From: Phycisphaeraceae bacterium
GTDB lineage: Bacteria; Planctomycetota; Phycisphaerae; Phycisphaerales; Phycisphaeraceae
Assembly (NCBI GenBank): GCA_963674705.1
Contig: OY771506.1
Location: 3,040,001 to 3,104,000 of the forward strand
Reading direction: 5' to 3'
Length of the DNA: 64,000 nt
Each line of letters begins with the position of its first letter. Positions within the stretch are counted from its first letter, which is position 1. This document shows positions 19,800-29,706 of this stretch, one piece after another. The translations under genes and the position numbers were made by a program. Below the pieces are notes generated by a model. That model did not search any database. It was not told the origin of the DNA and worked only from the letters and a program-made list of their open reading frames with translations.

Positions 19800-20915
19800 T
19801 CAGCCACGCTTGTAGAACGGTAGCTTCACCACTTCCCCGTCGATCCGGCTTGAGCCGACCGCAACGATCACGTTTGAGCCGACATCACATGAACCGGTTT
19901 TCACGAAGGCCATGGCGATGGGGTAGCCGAGGGTTGGCGAGAGGCAGCCGGAGGTGACGGCTCCGATTTGAGAGCCGTCGAGGTGGACGGCGTTGCCTTG
20001 GCGGGGGGTGCGTCGGCCGGAGAGTTTGATACCGATGAGCGTGCGCTTCGTGCCTTCGGCTTTTATCTTCTTGAGCGCATCGATGCCGATGAACGGTTCG
20101 CCGTTTTCGTCTTCGTCTTTATCGAGGTTGATGGCGAAGTTCAGGCCGGCGGTGATGGGGTCGATTTCCTCGTCGAGTTCGTGGCCGTATAGAGGCATGG
20201 CGGCTTCGATGCGCAGTGAATCACGAGCGCCGAGGCCTGCGGGCTTGATAGTTTCGTTTTTATCTTTGAGTAGCAGTTTGACCGCCATGTTTGCGACCTT
20301 GGCGGGGAAGATAACTTCCACGCCGTCTTCGCCGGTGTAGCCGGTTCGGCTGATGAGCGCCTTGATCAGCACCATGTTCTTTTCACAGAAGGTGTAACGC
20401 TTGAGCGCGGGCACTTCCTTGGAGAATTCACTGATCAGCGGGATCACCTTCGGGCCCTGCAGCGCGACCATTGCGGTGGATTCGGTTTTGTCGTTGATCT
20501 TGACTTTCAGGTCACCCTTGATGGCTTGGAAGTGGTCCAGCAGTTTGAGGCGGTTGGATGCGTTAACAACAAGCATCCACTTGTCGGGGAAGCGGTAGAC
20601 AAGTACATCGTCCTTGACGCCGCCTTGCTCATTGCAGACGAGGCTGTACCGGCAGGTGAAGTCTTTCATATCACTGACGCGACGGGTCAGCAGGCGTTCG
20701 AGGAATCGGCGCGCGCCCTTGCCGGAGAACTCGACCCGGCCCATGTGCGAGACGTCGAAGAGCCCACCGGAATCGCGTACCTGCTTGTGCTCTTCGATGA
20801 TCGAACCGTAGCGGATGGGCATTTCCCATCCGGCGAAGTCGACGAGGTTAGCGTCGTGTTCCTTGTGGAATCCATGGAAAGGGGTTTGCAGCAGAGTCGG
20901 GGATTCATTTTCCAT
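19800..20915 (-). CDS. gcvT: Glycine cleavage system aminomethyltransferase T
   Basis: FAGWEMP, FDVSHMG, SRTGYTGEDG, GLGARDSLRIEA..PLYGHE. Confidence 0.96.
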   Translation of the reverse strand: MENESPTLLQTPFHGFHKEHDANLVDFAGWEMPIRYGSIIEEHKQVRDSGGLFDVSHMGRVEFSGKGARRFLERLLTRRVSDMKDFTCRYSLVCNEQGGVKDDVLVYRFPDKWMLVVNASNRLKLLDHFQAIKGDLKVKINDKTESTAMVALQGPKVIPLISEFSKEVPALKRYTFCEKNMVLIKALISRTGYTGEDGVEVIFPAKVANMAVKLLLKDKNETIKPAGLGARDSLRIEAAMPLYGHELDEEIDPITAGLNFAINLDKDEDENGEPFIGIDALKKIKAEGTKRTLIGIKLSGRRTPRQGNAVHLDGSQIGAVTSGCLSPTLGYPIAMAFVKTGSCDVGSNVIVAVGSSRIDGEVVKLPFYKRG

Positions 20916-21006
20916 GGAGATCGTCGAGCCTTTTACTGAGTATGTGGAGTCATTTAACTGGCGTTCAGGCTAGCCGGTGCGCAGTTGGTTGACAAATGCG
21001 GCATGT

Positions 21007-22809
21007 TTACTGGTGGAGGACGAGGCTGTGCTCGGAGAGGTCGGCATCAGATTTGGGAGGCACGCCAAGGTACATCAGGCTCTGCTCCATAACCTTCATG
21101 ACGGTGGGTGCGGAGACGGTGCCTCCGTAGTGGCCGATGGATTTGTCTGGCTTCGTGATGAAGCAGCCAACGATCAGGCGGGGGGCGTCTGCCGGTGCGC
21201 CTGCGATGAAGGAGGAGACGTACTGATCCTGGTAGTACCCGCCCCTCTCGAAGTTCGGGAGTTGCGCGGTGCCGGTCTTGCCGAACAGGTCGTAGAGATC
21301 GGAGTCGGCTTTCTGGCCGCCGCCTTCGAGAACCTGCCGGCGGAGGACGGAGCGTGTGTAATCCGCGACGTCTTTTTGGAGTACGCGAGGGCCTTGGGGG
21401 TACTGTGCGCCGTCGGAATAGTCGATGGGGACAATCGTGGGCGTCGGGAGGATACCGCCGTTAGCGATTGCGCTGTATGCCCGGATCATCTGTAAGGGCG
21501 TCACGCTGACTTCCTGACCCATGGGCACGCTGGTGACGGAGTAGTGCGTCCACTTATTGAGCGGATGAACCACGCCGCCGATCTCGCCGGGCAACCCGGA
21601 GCCGGTCGGTTTACCGAAGCCGAAGCGTGTCATGATGTCATAGAGGTCTTTAGGTTCCACCCGTTCAGCGACGATGGCCATACCGATGTTGCTGGAGTAC
21701 ATGAGCACTTCGTCCCAGGTGATCAGGCCGTGGGCGTGTGCGTCACGCAGGCGTCTGCCTTTGCTGGTGCGGTAGACACCGCTGGTGGTCGTGTCGATCT
21801 TTTCATTAGAGCGTGCGGCTTTGAGTTGCGTGAGTCCGGCCCAGATGATCGGTTTATAGATCGAGCCAGGCTCGAAGACGTCGGTGACGACTCGGTTACG
21901 CTGGATTTCGGGTTTGGCCTTATTGAAGGTGGCGGGATCGAAGGGCGGGTAGTTGGCGATCGCCAGCAGTTCGCCCGTCATAGGGTCCATAACAACGAGT
22001 TGGCCCGAGTCGGCGTTGAAGTGTTCAACGGCTTCGGCTAGCCCCTTTTCTGCAAAGGACTGGATCACCGCGTCGATCGTGAGCCGGATGTTTTCGCCAT
22101 CGGTTTGTTTCGTGTAACTCTGCTGCTCGACCCACAGCGCCCGACCCTGCCGATCGCGCAGGTAGCGGACTTTGCCCGCAGTAGCGGCCAGGCGTTTGTC
22201 GAAGACCTGCTCAAGACCGGCTAAACCGTTGCCGTCCATCCCGACAAAGCCGATCACCTGGCCGGCCAATCGTCCTTGCGGGTAGTCACGCACCACTATG
22301 GGATCGGTTGCCAGCCCGGGTAGCGTCAGGTCTTTCAGAGCATCCACACGCTGGTCGCTCAAACGCTTATCCAGCACGATGTATCGGCTTTTGGGTTTGG
22401 CAGCAATCGCCATGTCGATAGTGACCGGGTCGTAGTCCAGCCCGTAGCCGACTTTCTCAGCGAAGGTCGAGTAATCTTCGATGAGCATGGGATCGATAAA
22501 GAGCTTCCTGGCGACGCGTGTGGTCGCCAGTGGCCTGCCCCGGCGGTCCAGGATCATGCCGCGTCTTCCCGGCAGCGGTTGAGTGCTCCGCTGGGAATCG
22601 ATCAACTCGGCGATCTTCGGCGAGGGGGCGGTCTGTAGCATGACCACGCGGCCCAGCAGGATCACCAGCACGCATGTGATCATGATGATCATCACGCGGC
22701 CGACCAGCAGCACACGTGCCGGGCTTCGGTCGACCTCGATCACCTCGCCGCAGGGACGCAGCGTCGGGTGAGGATCGTGTTCGGTATAGAGGCGTTCACC
22801 TTCGCTCAT
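21007..22809 (-). CDS. ftsI: Class B penicillin-binding protein (FtsI-like transpeptidase)
   Basis: RGMILDRRG, RDYPQG, LTID, EPGSIYK (SxxK), SSN (SxN), KTGTAQ. Confidence 0.88.
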   Translation of the reverse strand: MSEGERLYTEHDPHPTLRPCGEVIEVDRSPARVLLVGRVMIIMITCVLVILLGRVVMLQTAPSPKIAELIDSQRSTQPLPGRRGMILDRRGRPLATTRVARKLFIDPMLIEDYSTFAEKVGYGLDYDPVTIDMAIAAKPKSRYIVLDKRLSDQRVDALKDLTLPGLATDPIVVRDYPQGRLAGQVIGFVGMDGNGLAGLEQVFDKRLAATAGKVRYLRDRQGRALWVEQQSYTKQTDGENIRLTIDAVIQSFAEKGLAEAVEHFNADSGQLVVMDPMTGELLAIANYPPFDPATFNKAKPEIQRNRVVTDVFEPGSIYKPIIWAGLTQLKAARSNEKIDTTTSGVYRTSKGRRLRDAHAHGLITWDEVLMYSSNIGMAIVAERVEPKDLYDIMTRFGFGKPTGSGLPGEIGGVVHPLNKWTHYSVTSVPMGQEVSVTPLQMIRAYSAIANGGILPTPTIVPIDYSDGAQYPQGPRVLQKDVADYTRSVLRRQVLEGGGQKADSDLYDLFGKTGTAQLPNFERGGYYQDQYVSSFIAGAPADAPRLIVGCFITKPDKSIGHYGGTVSAPTVMKVMEQSLMYLGVPPKSDADLSEHSLVLHQ

Positions 22810-23098
22810 AGTGTGCGTTGGTCATGTGTGGGTTCTGAGGGACTTCGTGTGGGATGGATTGGGCGACGGCCGGCTCCATGGTCATGCCCGCACGCACCAA
22901 TGCATCCTCCAGCACATCCGGCTGGGTGCGCAGGGCGATGCGGACCTGGGTGTCCCAGGTTTCCTGGCGGTCCCGGTTCATCTGTCGTTGCAGGTCCGTC
23001 ACATCGTGCATCAGTTCCAGCCGCTGCTGGCGGAGGTTGAAGATGCTCGCCCCGATCACGACCGAGATCACCAGGGCCGTCAGCAGCTTGGTGAACAT
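22796..23098 (-). CDS. FtsL-like single-TM coiled-coil protein
   Basis: 100 aa, N-terminal TM then heptad-like helix; lies just upstream of ftsI. Confidence 0.55.
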   Translation of the reverse strand: MFTKLLTALVISVVIGASIFNLRQQRLELMHDVTDLQRQMNRDRQETWDTQVRIALRTQPDVLEDALVRAGMTMEPAVAQSIPHEVPQNPHMTNAHYERR

Positions 23099-23178
23099 AG
23101 CAAGGCACCGGTGAAGTTACGGGAAACAATCTTGGTCACGATCAAACAGCACGGCATCGAGCCGCAGGCGAAAGTGCA

Positions 23179-24354
23179 TTAACTGGGTATGCGTAGAGTC
23201 TGTCCGACCTTGACCTGGTCAGGGCTGTCGAGTTTGTCGCGGTTGGCTTCGAAGATTTCGCGCCAACGATCGCCGTTACGCAGCGTTATCTGGGCGATTT
23301 TGGTGAGGTTGTCGCCGGCCTTGACGGTGTAGGTTTTGCTTGGGCTATTGCTTGCTTGTGTGCGTGCGATCGCCGGTGCGGGATTGTTGGTTCGGTCCAC
23401 GCGAGCATCTTCAGGCATCTTCAATTTCATGCCGACCTGCAGATCGGTAGCGGTTTCAAGTTTGTCACGATTGGCATCGAGGATTTCGTCCCATCGCGAA
23501 GCGCTTCCCAGGTACTTGGAAGCCAGTTCGGAAAGCGTGTCGCCCGCTTTGACTTCAACCGTTCTTTGCCGACTAATCTGAGCCGAGGGTGTGTCGACCC
23601 TGAGTACCGATTCGCGAGCGGCCGAATCGATGCTCATGCCTACGATGGCGTCTTCACGTTTGGGGATATCCAGAACGGCGCCGCTGCGGACACTGCCGTC
23701 CGGCCCGACCTTGTCTGGATTCGCCCGCATGATCTCCCGCCAGTAGTCGCCGTTGCCGTAGTATCGGCGTGCGATCTCGGTGAGGTTTTCGTTGGGCATG
23801 ACGGTGTGCTTGATGACGGATTGTCCCGGCGACGGAGTGGCGTGCGCTTCACGGATCGCGTTGCGGACATTGTCGAGGATTTGCTGGGCTTCATCGATCC
23901 GCTGTTGTTCAAAGGCGGGGGTCGCCACATCGGTGTCGCCGAAGGTCAGCGTCGGGACATCATCGATCGGTGCGTTCTGCCGGGGCTGATCGGCATTGGA
24001 AGCCAGCACGGGCAGGTTGATGATGGCCGGGCCGGTGTTTTCAGTATTCGCTGCCTGCTGCATGCCCATTTCTTCACGGACATCATTGGGGACCAGGAAG
24101 TCCTCGGGCTGATTGGCAGTGGTGTTGTTTTCCGCCGGGGTGCCGGTGGGGCGGCCGGGCGTATAGACCTGGCCATAGCCGGGGGCGGGGGTGGCGTCGG
24201 CAGGCTTGATGGCGCGTTGTGCATCGCCTGCGAATTCGGTGAAGTCTGCGGGTTGGCCTTGCTGACGCTGAGAGATCTGATCACTGAGGATGATCCCGAT
24301 CAGAAGGATAACGCCCAGTCCCAGCAGCAGCCCGATCTTGGTTTCACGTGTCAT
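23179..24354 (-). CDS. Membrane-anchored triple-LysM peptidoglycan-binding protein
   Basis: MTRETKIGLLLGLGVILLIGII TM; three LysM motifs (HTVMPNENL, VKAGDTLS, YTVKAGDNL). Confidence 0.9.
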   Translation of the reverse strand: MTRETKIGLLLGLGVILLIGIILSDQISQRQQGQPADFTEFAGDAQRAIKPADATPAPGYGQVYTPGRPTGTPAENNTTANQPEDFLVPNDVREEMGMQQAANTENTGPAIINLPVLASNADQPRQNAPIDDVPTLTFGDTDVATPAFEQQRIDEAQQILDNVRNAIREAHATPSPGQSVIKHTVMPNENLTEIARRYYGNGDYWREIMRANPDKVGPDGSVRSGAVLDIPKREDAIVGMSIDSAARESVLRVDTPSAQISRQRTVEVKAGDTLSELASKYLGSASRWDEILDANRDKLETATDLQVGMKLKMPEDARVDRTNNPAPAIARTQASNSPSKTYTVKAGDNLTKIAQITLRNGDRWREIFEANRDKLDSPDQVKVGQTLRIPS

Positions 24355-24444
24355 GACCTGTGTCCGTCCTTGTGTCAGGTCCAAGCCGTCATCCATAACG
24401 GCCGGAGGTGTAGTCTAACGCATACTTTACGGGCCGTCACCCGC

Positions 24445-25437
24445 TCATGTTTCCGGTTTCTCGATCACCCGCATCTTGGCACTTCGGCTTCGGGGGTTGG
24501 CTTGGCATTCATCGTCACTGGCGGTTACCGGTTTGCGCGTCAGCAATTCGTAATCCGCGTCCTGCTTCAGTGCCAGGTATGCCCGTTTGACCCGCCGATC
24601 TTCCAGCGAATGGAAACTGATGATCGCCGCTCGTCCACCGGGGGTCAGCAGCCTTGGCAGGTCGGCCAACAGGCCGTCCAACGCCCCCAACTCATCGTTC
24701 ACCGCGATCCGCAGCGCCATGAAAGTACGTGTCGCCGGGTCGATGCGGTGACCCCGTCCCGATGCCCGTCGATTGCTCCCTTGTCGGGGGCCATGTTTCC
24801 GGGAAAACTTCCGGGGGGGGTACGCTTTGCGGACCAGCTCCGCCAATCCGCTTGTGGTTTTTATCGGCTCAATTTCGCGTTGTTCGACAATTTTGCGTGC
24901 GATCCGCCGACTCAACCGCTCCTCGCCGAATTCGTAGATCAGATCGGCCAGTTCCTTCTCCGGAAGCGTGTTGATAAGAGCCTCCGCCGTCAGGTCCTGC
25001 GTGGTATCCAGACGCATATCCAGAGGCCCATCTTCACTGAAAGAAAGCCCACGCGCCGGGTCGTCCATCTGGTTGGAAGCGAAGCCAAGGTCGGCAAGCA
25101 GGCCGTGGACCTCACGGATCTCGAGCTCATTCAAAACCGCTGGTGCGTCGAGGAAGTTGGCGTAGACAATGTTCAGTTTCACGCCATGTTTTTCAGCGAT
25201 CGGCGTCAGGCGGGCCAGGCTGAACGCGACGTTCTCGGGATCCTTGTCCAAGCCGATATAGCACCCGCCAGGCCCGAGTTTGGGGATCATCATTGCCCCA
25301 TGCCCGCCGCGTCCGGTGGTGCAGTCCAGCACGGTCTGCCCCGGCTTGGGTGCCAGGTATTGCATGACCTCGCTTGGGAGGACAGGCAGGTGGCCGATCG
25401 GCTGGTCCTGTTCGAGATGACTGGACGGTTCTGACAT
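24445..25437 (-). CDS. rsmH: 16S rRNA m4C1402 methyltransferase
   Basis: HLPVL, DCTTGRGGH, DLGFASNQ, PLDMR, ATRTFMALRIAVNDE, ISFHSLEDR, NPRSRSAK. Confidence 0.96.
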   Translation of the reverse strand: MSEPSSHLEQDQPIGHLPVLPSEVMQYLAPKPGQTVLDCTTGRGGHGAMMIPKLGPGGCYIGLDKDPENVAFSLARLTPIAEKHGVKLNIVYANFLDAPAVLNELEIREVHGLLADLGFASNQMDDPARGLSFSEDGPLDMRLDTTQDLTAEALINTLPEKELADLIYEFGEERLSRRIARKIVEQREIEPIKTTSGLAELVRKAYPPRKFSRKHGPRQGSNRRASGRGHRIDPATRTFMALRIAVNDELGALDGLLADLPRLLTPGGRAAIISFHSLEDRRVKRAYLALKQDADYELLTRKPVTASDDECQANPRSRSAKMRVIEKPET

Positions 25438-25521
25438 GCGGATGTTATACCGCAGTCAGCGTTTTTGGGCTTGAATCAATGACTACAGATAAACATCGCG
25501 CCTGGTGAGTTCCGATTCCTG

Positions 25522-26286
25522 TCAGCATGCTTTTCGGCGGTTCAGCATCGCCATCCCACCCAATCCCAACAGCAACAATGAGGTCGGCTCCGGAACGGCT
25601 GCAATGACATCCGAAACCTTCACAGCACTGACAATTGTTACAGGTAACGGTTCATCAGGATCCGTTTCTGGATCGAAGTCGTAAGAAAGGTTAAAGCCCA
25701 TATTGGTCGTGTTCACCGTGTAGTTATCTGCAGAGCCGGCCGGTTTAGTGTTCGGATCCGTCACAGACAGGTTGCCGTTGGCATCCAGGGAAGTCACCGT
25801 CAGCCAATGAGTGACGTCGTTACCGTCGCCATCCTTGCCTTTAACAAGAATATTGAGCTTTTCGCCATCTTCCCATTCTTTCTTGAGCCAATCCCATGTC
25901 AGTGATTCGCCTGCATACATGGGGCAGTACGCTACGGTGCCGGTGAAACCATGGGCCTTGAGGTAGGCCTTGGTTGCTTCAGTCATCTTTTCATCGGTGA
26001 GATTATTCTCTGTTCCGACTTGTGGTTTGCATAAGTTTTCCACCGCTGTCTTCAAGGCATCGATGTTAGCAGGGTTTTTAACTACGCCATTTATTGAGTG
26101 ATTCCACTGCAGTAATAAACTGCTCATGGCAATGGTTCCGCAATTCTCGTTATCACGTTTGTTCCCTTTGCTGTCATCCCATTTCAGATCGTTGATAAGG
26201 CTGGCGCCGCAAGGCGAGGTGATTGAGCCGATCAGTAGAAACAGAAACGTCGAAGCAAGAAGCTGGTAAAGGTGACTCCTTTTCAT
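25522..26286 (-). CDS. PEP-CTERM exported protein with putative papain-like (C39-type) domain
   Basis: Signal peptide, NCGTIAMS...HWLTV...VTDPN (C-H-D), VPEPTSLLLLGLGG..RRK tail. Confidence 0.7.
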   Translation of the reverse strand: MKRSHLYQLLASTFLFLLIGSITSPCGASLINDLKWDDSKGNKRDNENCGTIAMSSLLLQWNHSINGVVKNPANIDALKTAVENLCKPQVGTENNLTDEKMTEATKAYLKAHGFTGTVAYCPMYAGESLTWDWLKKEWEDGEKLNILVKGKDGDGNDVTHWLTVTSLDANGNLSVTDPNTKPAGSADNYTVNTTNMGFNLSYDFDPETDPDEPLPVTIVSAVKVSDVIAAVPEPTSLLLLGLGGMAMLNRRKAC

Positions 26287-26540
26287 GGTTTTCTCCTTTG
26301 CTGATTACCCGAAGTGTGGGTGAAACGAAGTGAGACCATATTGTCACAATCGGTTGCAGTCGGGTCAAGGCAATAGCAGATAATTATGTCCGCAAATCAT
26401 GTCGCGGTGGATTAGGGGGGTGGCGGAGACCTTCGGTCGTGCGTTTCGGCGAGGTCGGGAGACCCGCGCCGAGCGCGGTCCCGCTTTCGGCGATGTTTTA
26501 AGCTCAGCGCTTGTGATCGCGTCTTGTGTAGAATGCAGAA

Positions 26541-27092
26541 ATGAACCAGACATTCCACGCTACAACGATATTGTCGATCCGCCGGGGTGATTCGGTTGCT
26601 ATTGCTGGGGACGGGCAGGTGACGCTCGGGGACGTCGTCGCGAAGGCGGACGCGGTGAAGGTGCGCAAGCTGGAGAAGGTCGGTGCCGATGGGGCGGGGG
26701 TGCTGGTCGGGTTTGCGGGGGCGGCGGCGGATGCGTTTGCACTTTTAGAACGGTTCGAGACGCACCTGAAGGATTCGCCTGAGAACATCAAGAAGGCGGC
26801 GGTGGAGTTGGCCAAGCAGTGGCGGATGGACCGGGCGCTGCGTCGGCTGGAGAGCCTCTTAATTGTGGCGGACAAGTCCTGCAGCCTGCTGGTCTCGGGG
26901 ACGGGGGACGTGATCGAGCCGACGGACGGCGTACTGGCGATCGGGTCGGGTGGTTCGTATGCCACGGCGGCCGGTCGATCGCTGGTCCGGCATACCGAGA
27001 TGCCCCCGGCCGAGGTCTGCCGGGCGGCCATGGAGGTGGCGGGGGAGCTTTGCATCTACAGCAACACCCACATCACGGTGCTGGAGATCTAG
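26541..27092 (+). CDS. hslV: ATP-dependent protease peptidase subunit HslV
   Basis: [42 protein letters not shown]. Confidence 0.96.
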   Translation: MNQTFHATTILSIRRGDSVAIAGDGQVTLGDVVAKADAVKVRKLEKVGADGAGVLVGFAGAAADAFALLERFETHLKDSPENIKKAAVELAKQWRMDRALRRLESLLIVADKSCSLLVSGTGDVIEPTDGVLAIGSGGSYATAAGRSLVRHTEMPPAEVCRAAMEVAGELCIYSNTHITVLEI

Positions 27093-27108
27093 ATTTCGTA
27101 TAAGAATT

Positions 27109-27201
27109 CACCGCAGAGATCGCAGAGAACGCAGAGAATACCTATTCAGCCCCGCCCGGGTTAAGGCTTCTGCCTCTGCGCTCTTGGCGTCCTCTGCGGT
27201 G
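27109..27201. repeat. 9-bp-periodic inverted intergenic repeat
   Basis: caccgcagagatcgcagagaacgcagag ... ctctgcgctcttggcgtcctctgcggtg. Confidence 0.7.
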
Positions 27202-27286
27202 GGATTGAAATCGGGTTTTTGATTCAGTGAACCATCCGGCTTGATCGTTACGGCGAACCGGCTAAACTGTCCGGTCTCGACACACA

Positions 27287-27370
27287 GCCCGTGTGGCGGA
27301 ATTGGCAGACGCGCTGTCTTCAGGTGGCAGTTCCGGCAACGGAGTACAGGTTCGAATCCTGTCACGGGCA
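27287..27370 (+). tRNA. tRNA-Leu(CAG)
   Basis: Acceptor gcccgtg/cacgggc, D-arm tggcggaattggcagacgc, anticodon stem ctgtc-ttCAGgt-ggcag, long variable arm, ggttcgaatcc T-loop. Confidence 0.95.
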
Positions 27371-27372
27371 TC

Positions 27373-27398
27373 AAGCACCCATTTGGGTGCTTTTTTTA
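27373..27398 (+). terminator. Intrinsic terminator after the tRNA (island side of attL)
   Basis: aagcaccc-attt-gggtgctt plus T-run. Confidence 0.8.
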
Positions 27399-27444
27399 TT
27401 TCCATATACTATTGGCATTACTAGTAGTTATATCAAATAAGACA

Positions 27445-27502
27445 TGCCTGCATAAAGCCTGCATAAATCCATTTCTTGAATGCCTGCTATTTGCCTGCTA
27501 TT
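27445..27502. promoter_or_regulatory. Putative integrase arm-type sites, left end
   Basis: gcctgcataa x2 and tgcctgctatt x2, each pair with 11-bp spacing; same motif recurs at 58167-58214. Confidence 0.65.
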
Positions 27503-27538
27503 CTGAGCATGTATCAGCCGCAAAAAATGGGGGCGCGC

Positions 27539-29002
27539 ATGGCACGAGCGACCAAAACCGGCAAATTGCTGAGCTTCAATACATCCCGAAAATGCTGGTG
27601 CAAGAATTATCAGGACGAGTACGGCAAGCGCAAAACCGCATACTTCGGACGGGGTGCCAGTTCTCGAGACACGAAGAGTTATGACGCGGCACTTGAAAAA
27701 TACCATCCTTGGAAACGCGAACTTGAGGCCCGTCGGCAGCTGGTAAAGATACGAATTATTCACAAGGCGGTACTCGAGGGGAAGCTGCCAGTTTCAGCAT
27801 TGGGTAATTCGCCCTGGGCGGCAGGCTTAGTCGCGGGTTGGCGGCTACTCGGGCAAGTCACCGATGAGGACTATTTTGATCGCGGACGTCTGGACACGGG
27901 CGAAATCGTCGAAGGCAGTGAATCGGAATGGGTCGAGGTTGAGCTTAATAAGTCGCTGCCTGAGCCTGACCTTGAGGCAATAAAGGCCAAGCTAACGACA
28001 AAGGCGAGCAAGCCACCGAGGCCGCGCACCAACACCATACAGGATCATGTCGATGCATGGCTCGCCAGCGAGGAAGCTAAGCATAAGGCCAATCCCAAGG
28101 ATTTATCCACCTCGGCTTTGCGGGACAAGCGGCAGGGGATCAAGACGTTTTCAGAGACCGACTTCGACTGTTTCGGGGCTGGTACAAAACGCTTCGGTTC
28201 GCCTGCTAAGGTCGATCAGCTCTGCCTCGATTACAAAGCGTGGCTACTCGAGCGTATGCTGGATAAAGAATCGAAAATAAATAAGCCTAACACCGTCAAC
28301 GATAAGACCAAGTTTGCTAAGCAATTTCTCGAATGGTGTTGGACTCGCGGCATACTGAAAGATATTCCTCGTACGCTCAAGGAAATGGCTAAACGGCTTT
28401 ATGTCAAACGTGGTGGCGAACCGCTCGAACTCGACACGCTGCGCAAGTTATGGGATGTGGCTGGTTCCCGCATGAAATGCTATATGCTGCTCGGACTCAA
28501 CTGTGCTTTTAAACCCGGTGACATTACTGCGATTACCGGCGACATGATCCAGAGCAACAGGTTGATCGGTACACGTAAGAAAACTGAAAAGCATATGGTC
28601 CCAATGAACTATCCATTGTGGCCGAGTACATTAAAGATGCTCAAGCTCGAACGCGATCGCAAAGGCGATAAAGAGTTATTATTTGTGAATACTCAGGGCA
28701 ACCGGATTACAACGAGCACTTTCAGTAGCCTGTTCCGTAAGGTCGCTGACAAGGCGGGGGTAAAAGCTAAGTTTGAGCAGCTACGAGACACAAGTGCCCA
28801 ATTGGTTGCGAATGAGCTTATGCAGAACGGGTACGACCTCGCTTACAAGCAAATATTTATTGCACATAAAGACTCGAGCACCGCATCATATTACCTCGAT
28901 GACGACCCGAAGCACCTTAAGACTCCGCACCTCGATAAGATCGTATTAGGGCTTGAGAAAACCTATGGGCTCAAGCTGCCCAAGCCCGAACCCAAGAAGT
29001 AA
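27539..29002 (+). CDS. Tyrosine recombinase / phage integrase, divergent
   Basis: N-terminal WCK..G.RK.AYFG arm-binding-like domain; KPNTVN core-binding region; LLGLNCAFK, RKKT, FEQLRDT, FIAH, ASYY; adjacent to tRNA att site. Confidence 0.8.
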   Translation: MARATKTGKLLSFNTSRKCWCKNYQDEYGKRKTAYFGRGASSRDTKSYDAALEKYHPWKRELEARRQLVKIRIIHKAVLEGKLPVSALGNSPWAAGLVAGWRLLGQVTDEDYFDRGRLDTGEIVEGSESEWVEVELNKSLPEPDLEAIKAKLTTKASKPPRPRTNTIQDHVDAWLASEEAKHKANPKDLSTSALRDKRQGIKTFSETDFDCFGAGTKRFGSPAKVDQLCLDYKAWLLERMLDKESKINKPNTVNDKTKFAKQFLEWCWTRGILKDIPRTLKEMAKRLYVKRGGEPLELDTLRKLWDVAGSRMKCYMLLGLNCAFKPGDITAITGDMIQSNRLIGTRKKTEKHMVPMNYPLWPSTLKMLKLERDRKGDKELLFVNTQGNRITTSTFSSLFRKVADKAGVKAKFEQLRDTSAQLVANELMQNGYDLAYKQIFIAHKDSSTASYYLDDDPKHLKTPHLDKIVLGLEKTYGLKLPKPEPKK

Positions 29003-29076
29003 CAACGCCCCCACTAGCACGAGGCCGGCGGGAGCGCTTCCGGGGGCTGATTTGTCTACCCATATTATCTCTTCGG

Positions 29077-29607
29077 CTAGGCCGATTTGAAGGCCGAAGG
29101 TCTAAAAAGCGGTCGGATATAGAAAGTCGAGCGATACCCCGGCAAATTCTTGAGCGAGTACGGACGGTCGGGGTCATACTTTGCTTCAGGCACCGGCAAC
29201 CGTCCCACGGTATCGTACGCGTTCACATTTGGTTGATGCGGCACGAAACGATCGAGGTCATCTATCATGCATGCTATGGCCTGCACTTGCTCAGGGTGCC
29301 ATTCACCTCGGATAGCCTGACACGTGAAATACAACGGAAGGTGCGTTGTACCTTGTGGGAGTCTGTATGGCACGTGATAAAGTGTACACTTCGCGATGGT
29401 GTCATTACGGAGCAAAGCACCATGTTTGACGTATTCGTCAAGCCTCTCCTGGACGTACTTGAATTGCTGGCGGAATGGAATTCGACCGTAATAGACCGCT
29501 CGGGCGAATTGATAAGACGAGAAATAATCACGATCTCGCATCAGATCCAGCACAACATCAAAGAGTTTCAGGCGATCAGGCCTACGATTTCTTACAAATG
29601 AGTTCAT
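29077..29607 (-). CDS. Hypothetical protein (wHTH-like N-terminus), paralogue of 32817-33353
   Basis: Shared RNRRPDR..L...L.L.RDR..FS..Q.A...YYG motif and C-terminal DPD. Confidence 0.75.
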   Translation of the reverse strand: MNSFVRNRRPDRLKLFDVVLDLMRDRDYFSSYQFARAVYYGRIPFRQQFKYVQERLDEYVKHGALLRNDTIAKCTLYHVPYRLPQGTTHLPLYFTCQAIRGEWHPEQVQAIACMIDDLDRFVPHQPNVNAYDTVGRLPVPEAKYDPDRPYSLKNLPGYRSTFYIRPLFRPSAFKSA

Positions 29608-29706
29608 ATTAAACTTTGCGCTTTTTTGCGCGGTTAAGGTTCATGACTCTTGCCTCGGTCGACATTGACCGACTGCAAGGGTCGGGATAAATAAGTTGGT
29701 TCAGTA

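Noticed and set aside
23356..25434. 692-aa plus-strand ORF
   Set aside because: Antisense to the LysM gene and rsmH, with no recognisable motifs; typical high-GC shadow
26541..27092. hslV without adjacent hslU
   Set aside because: hslU may simply lie elsewhere in the genome; cannot be judged from this window
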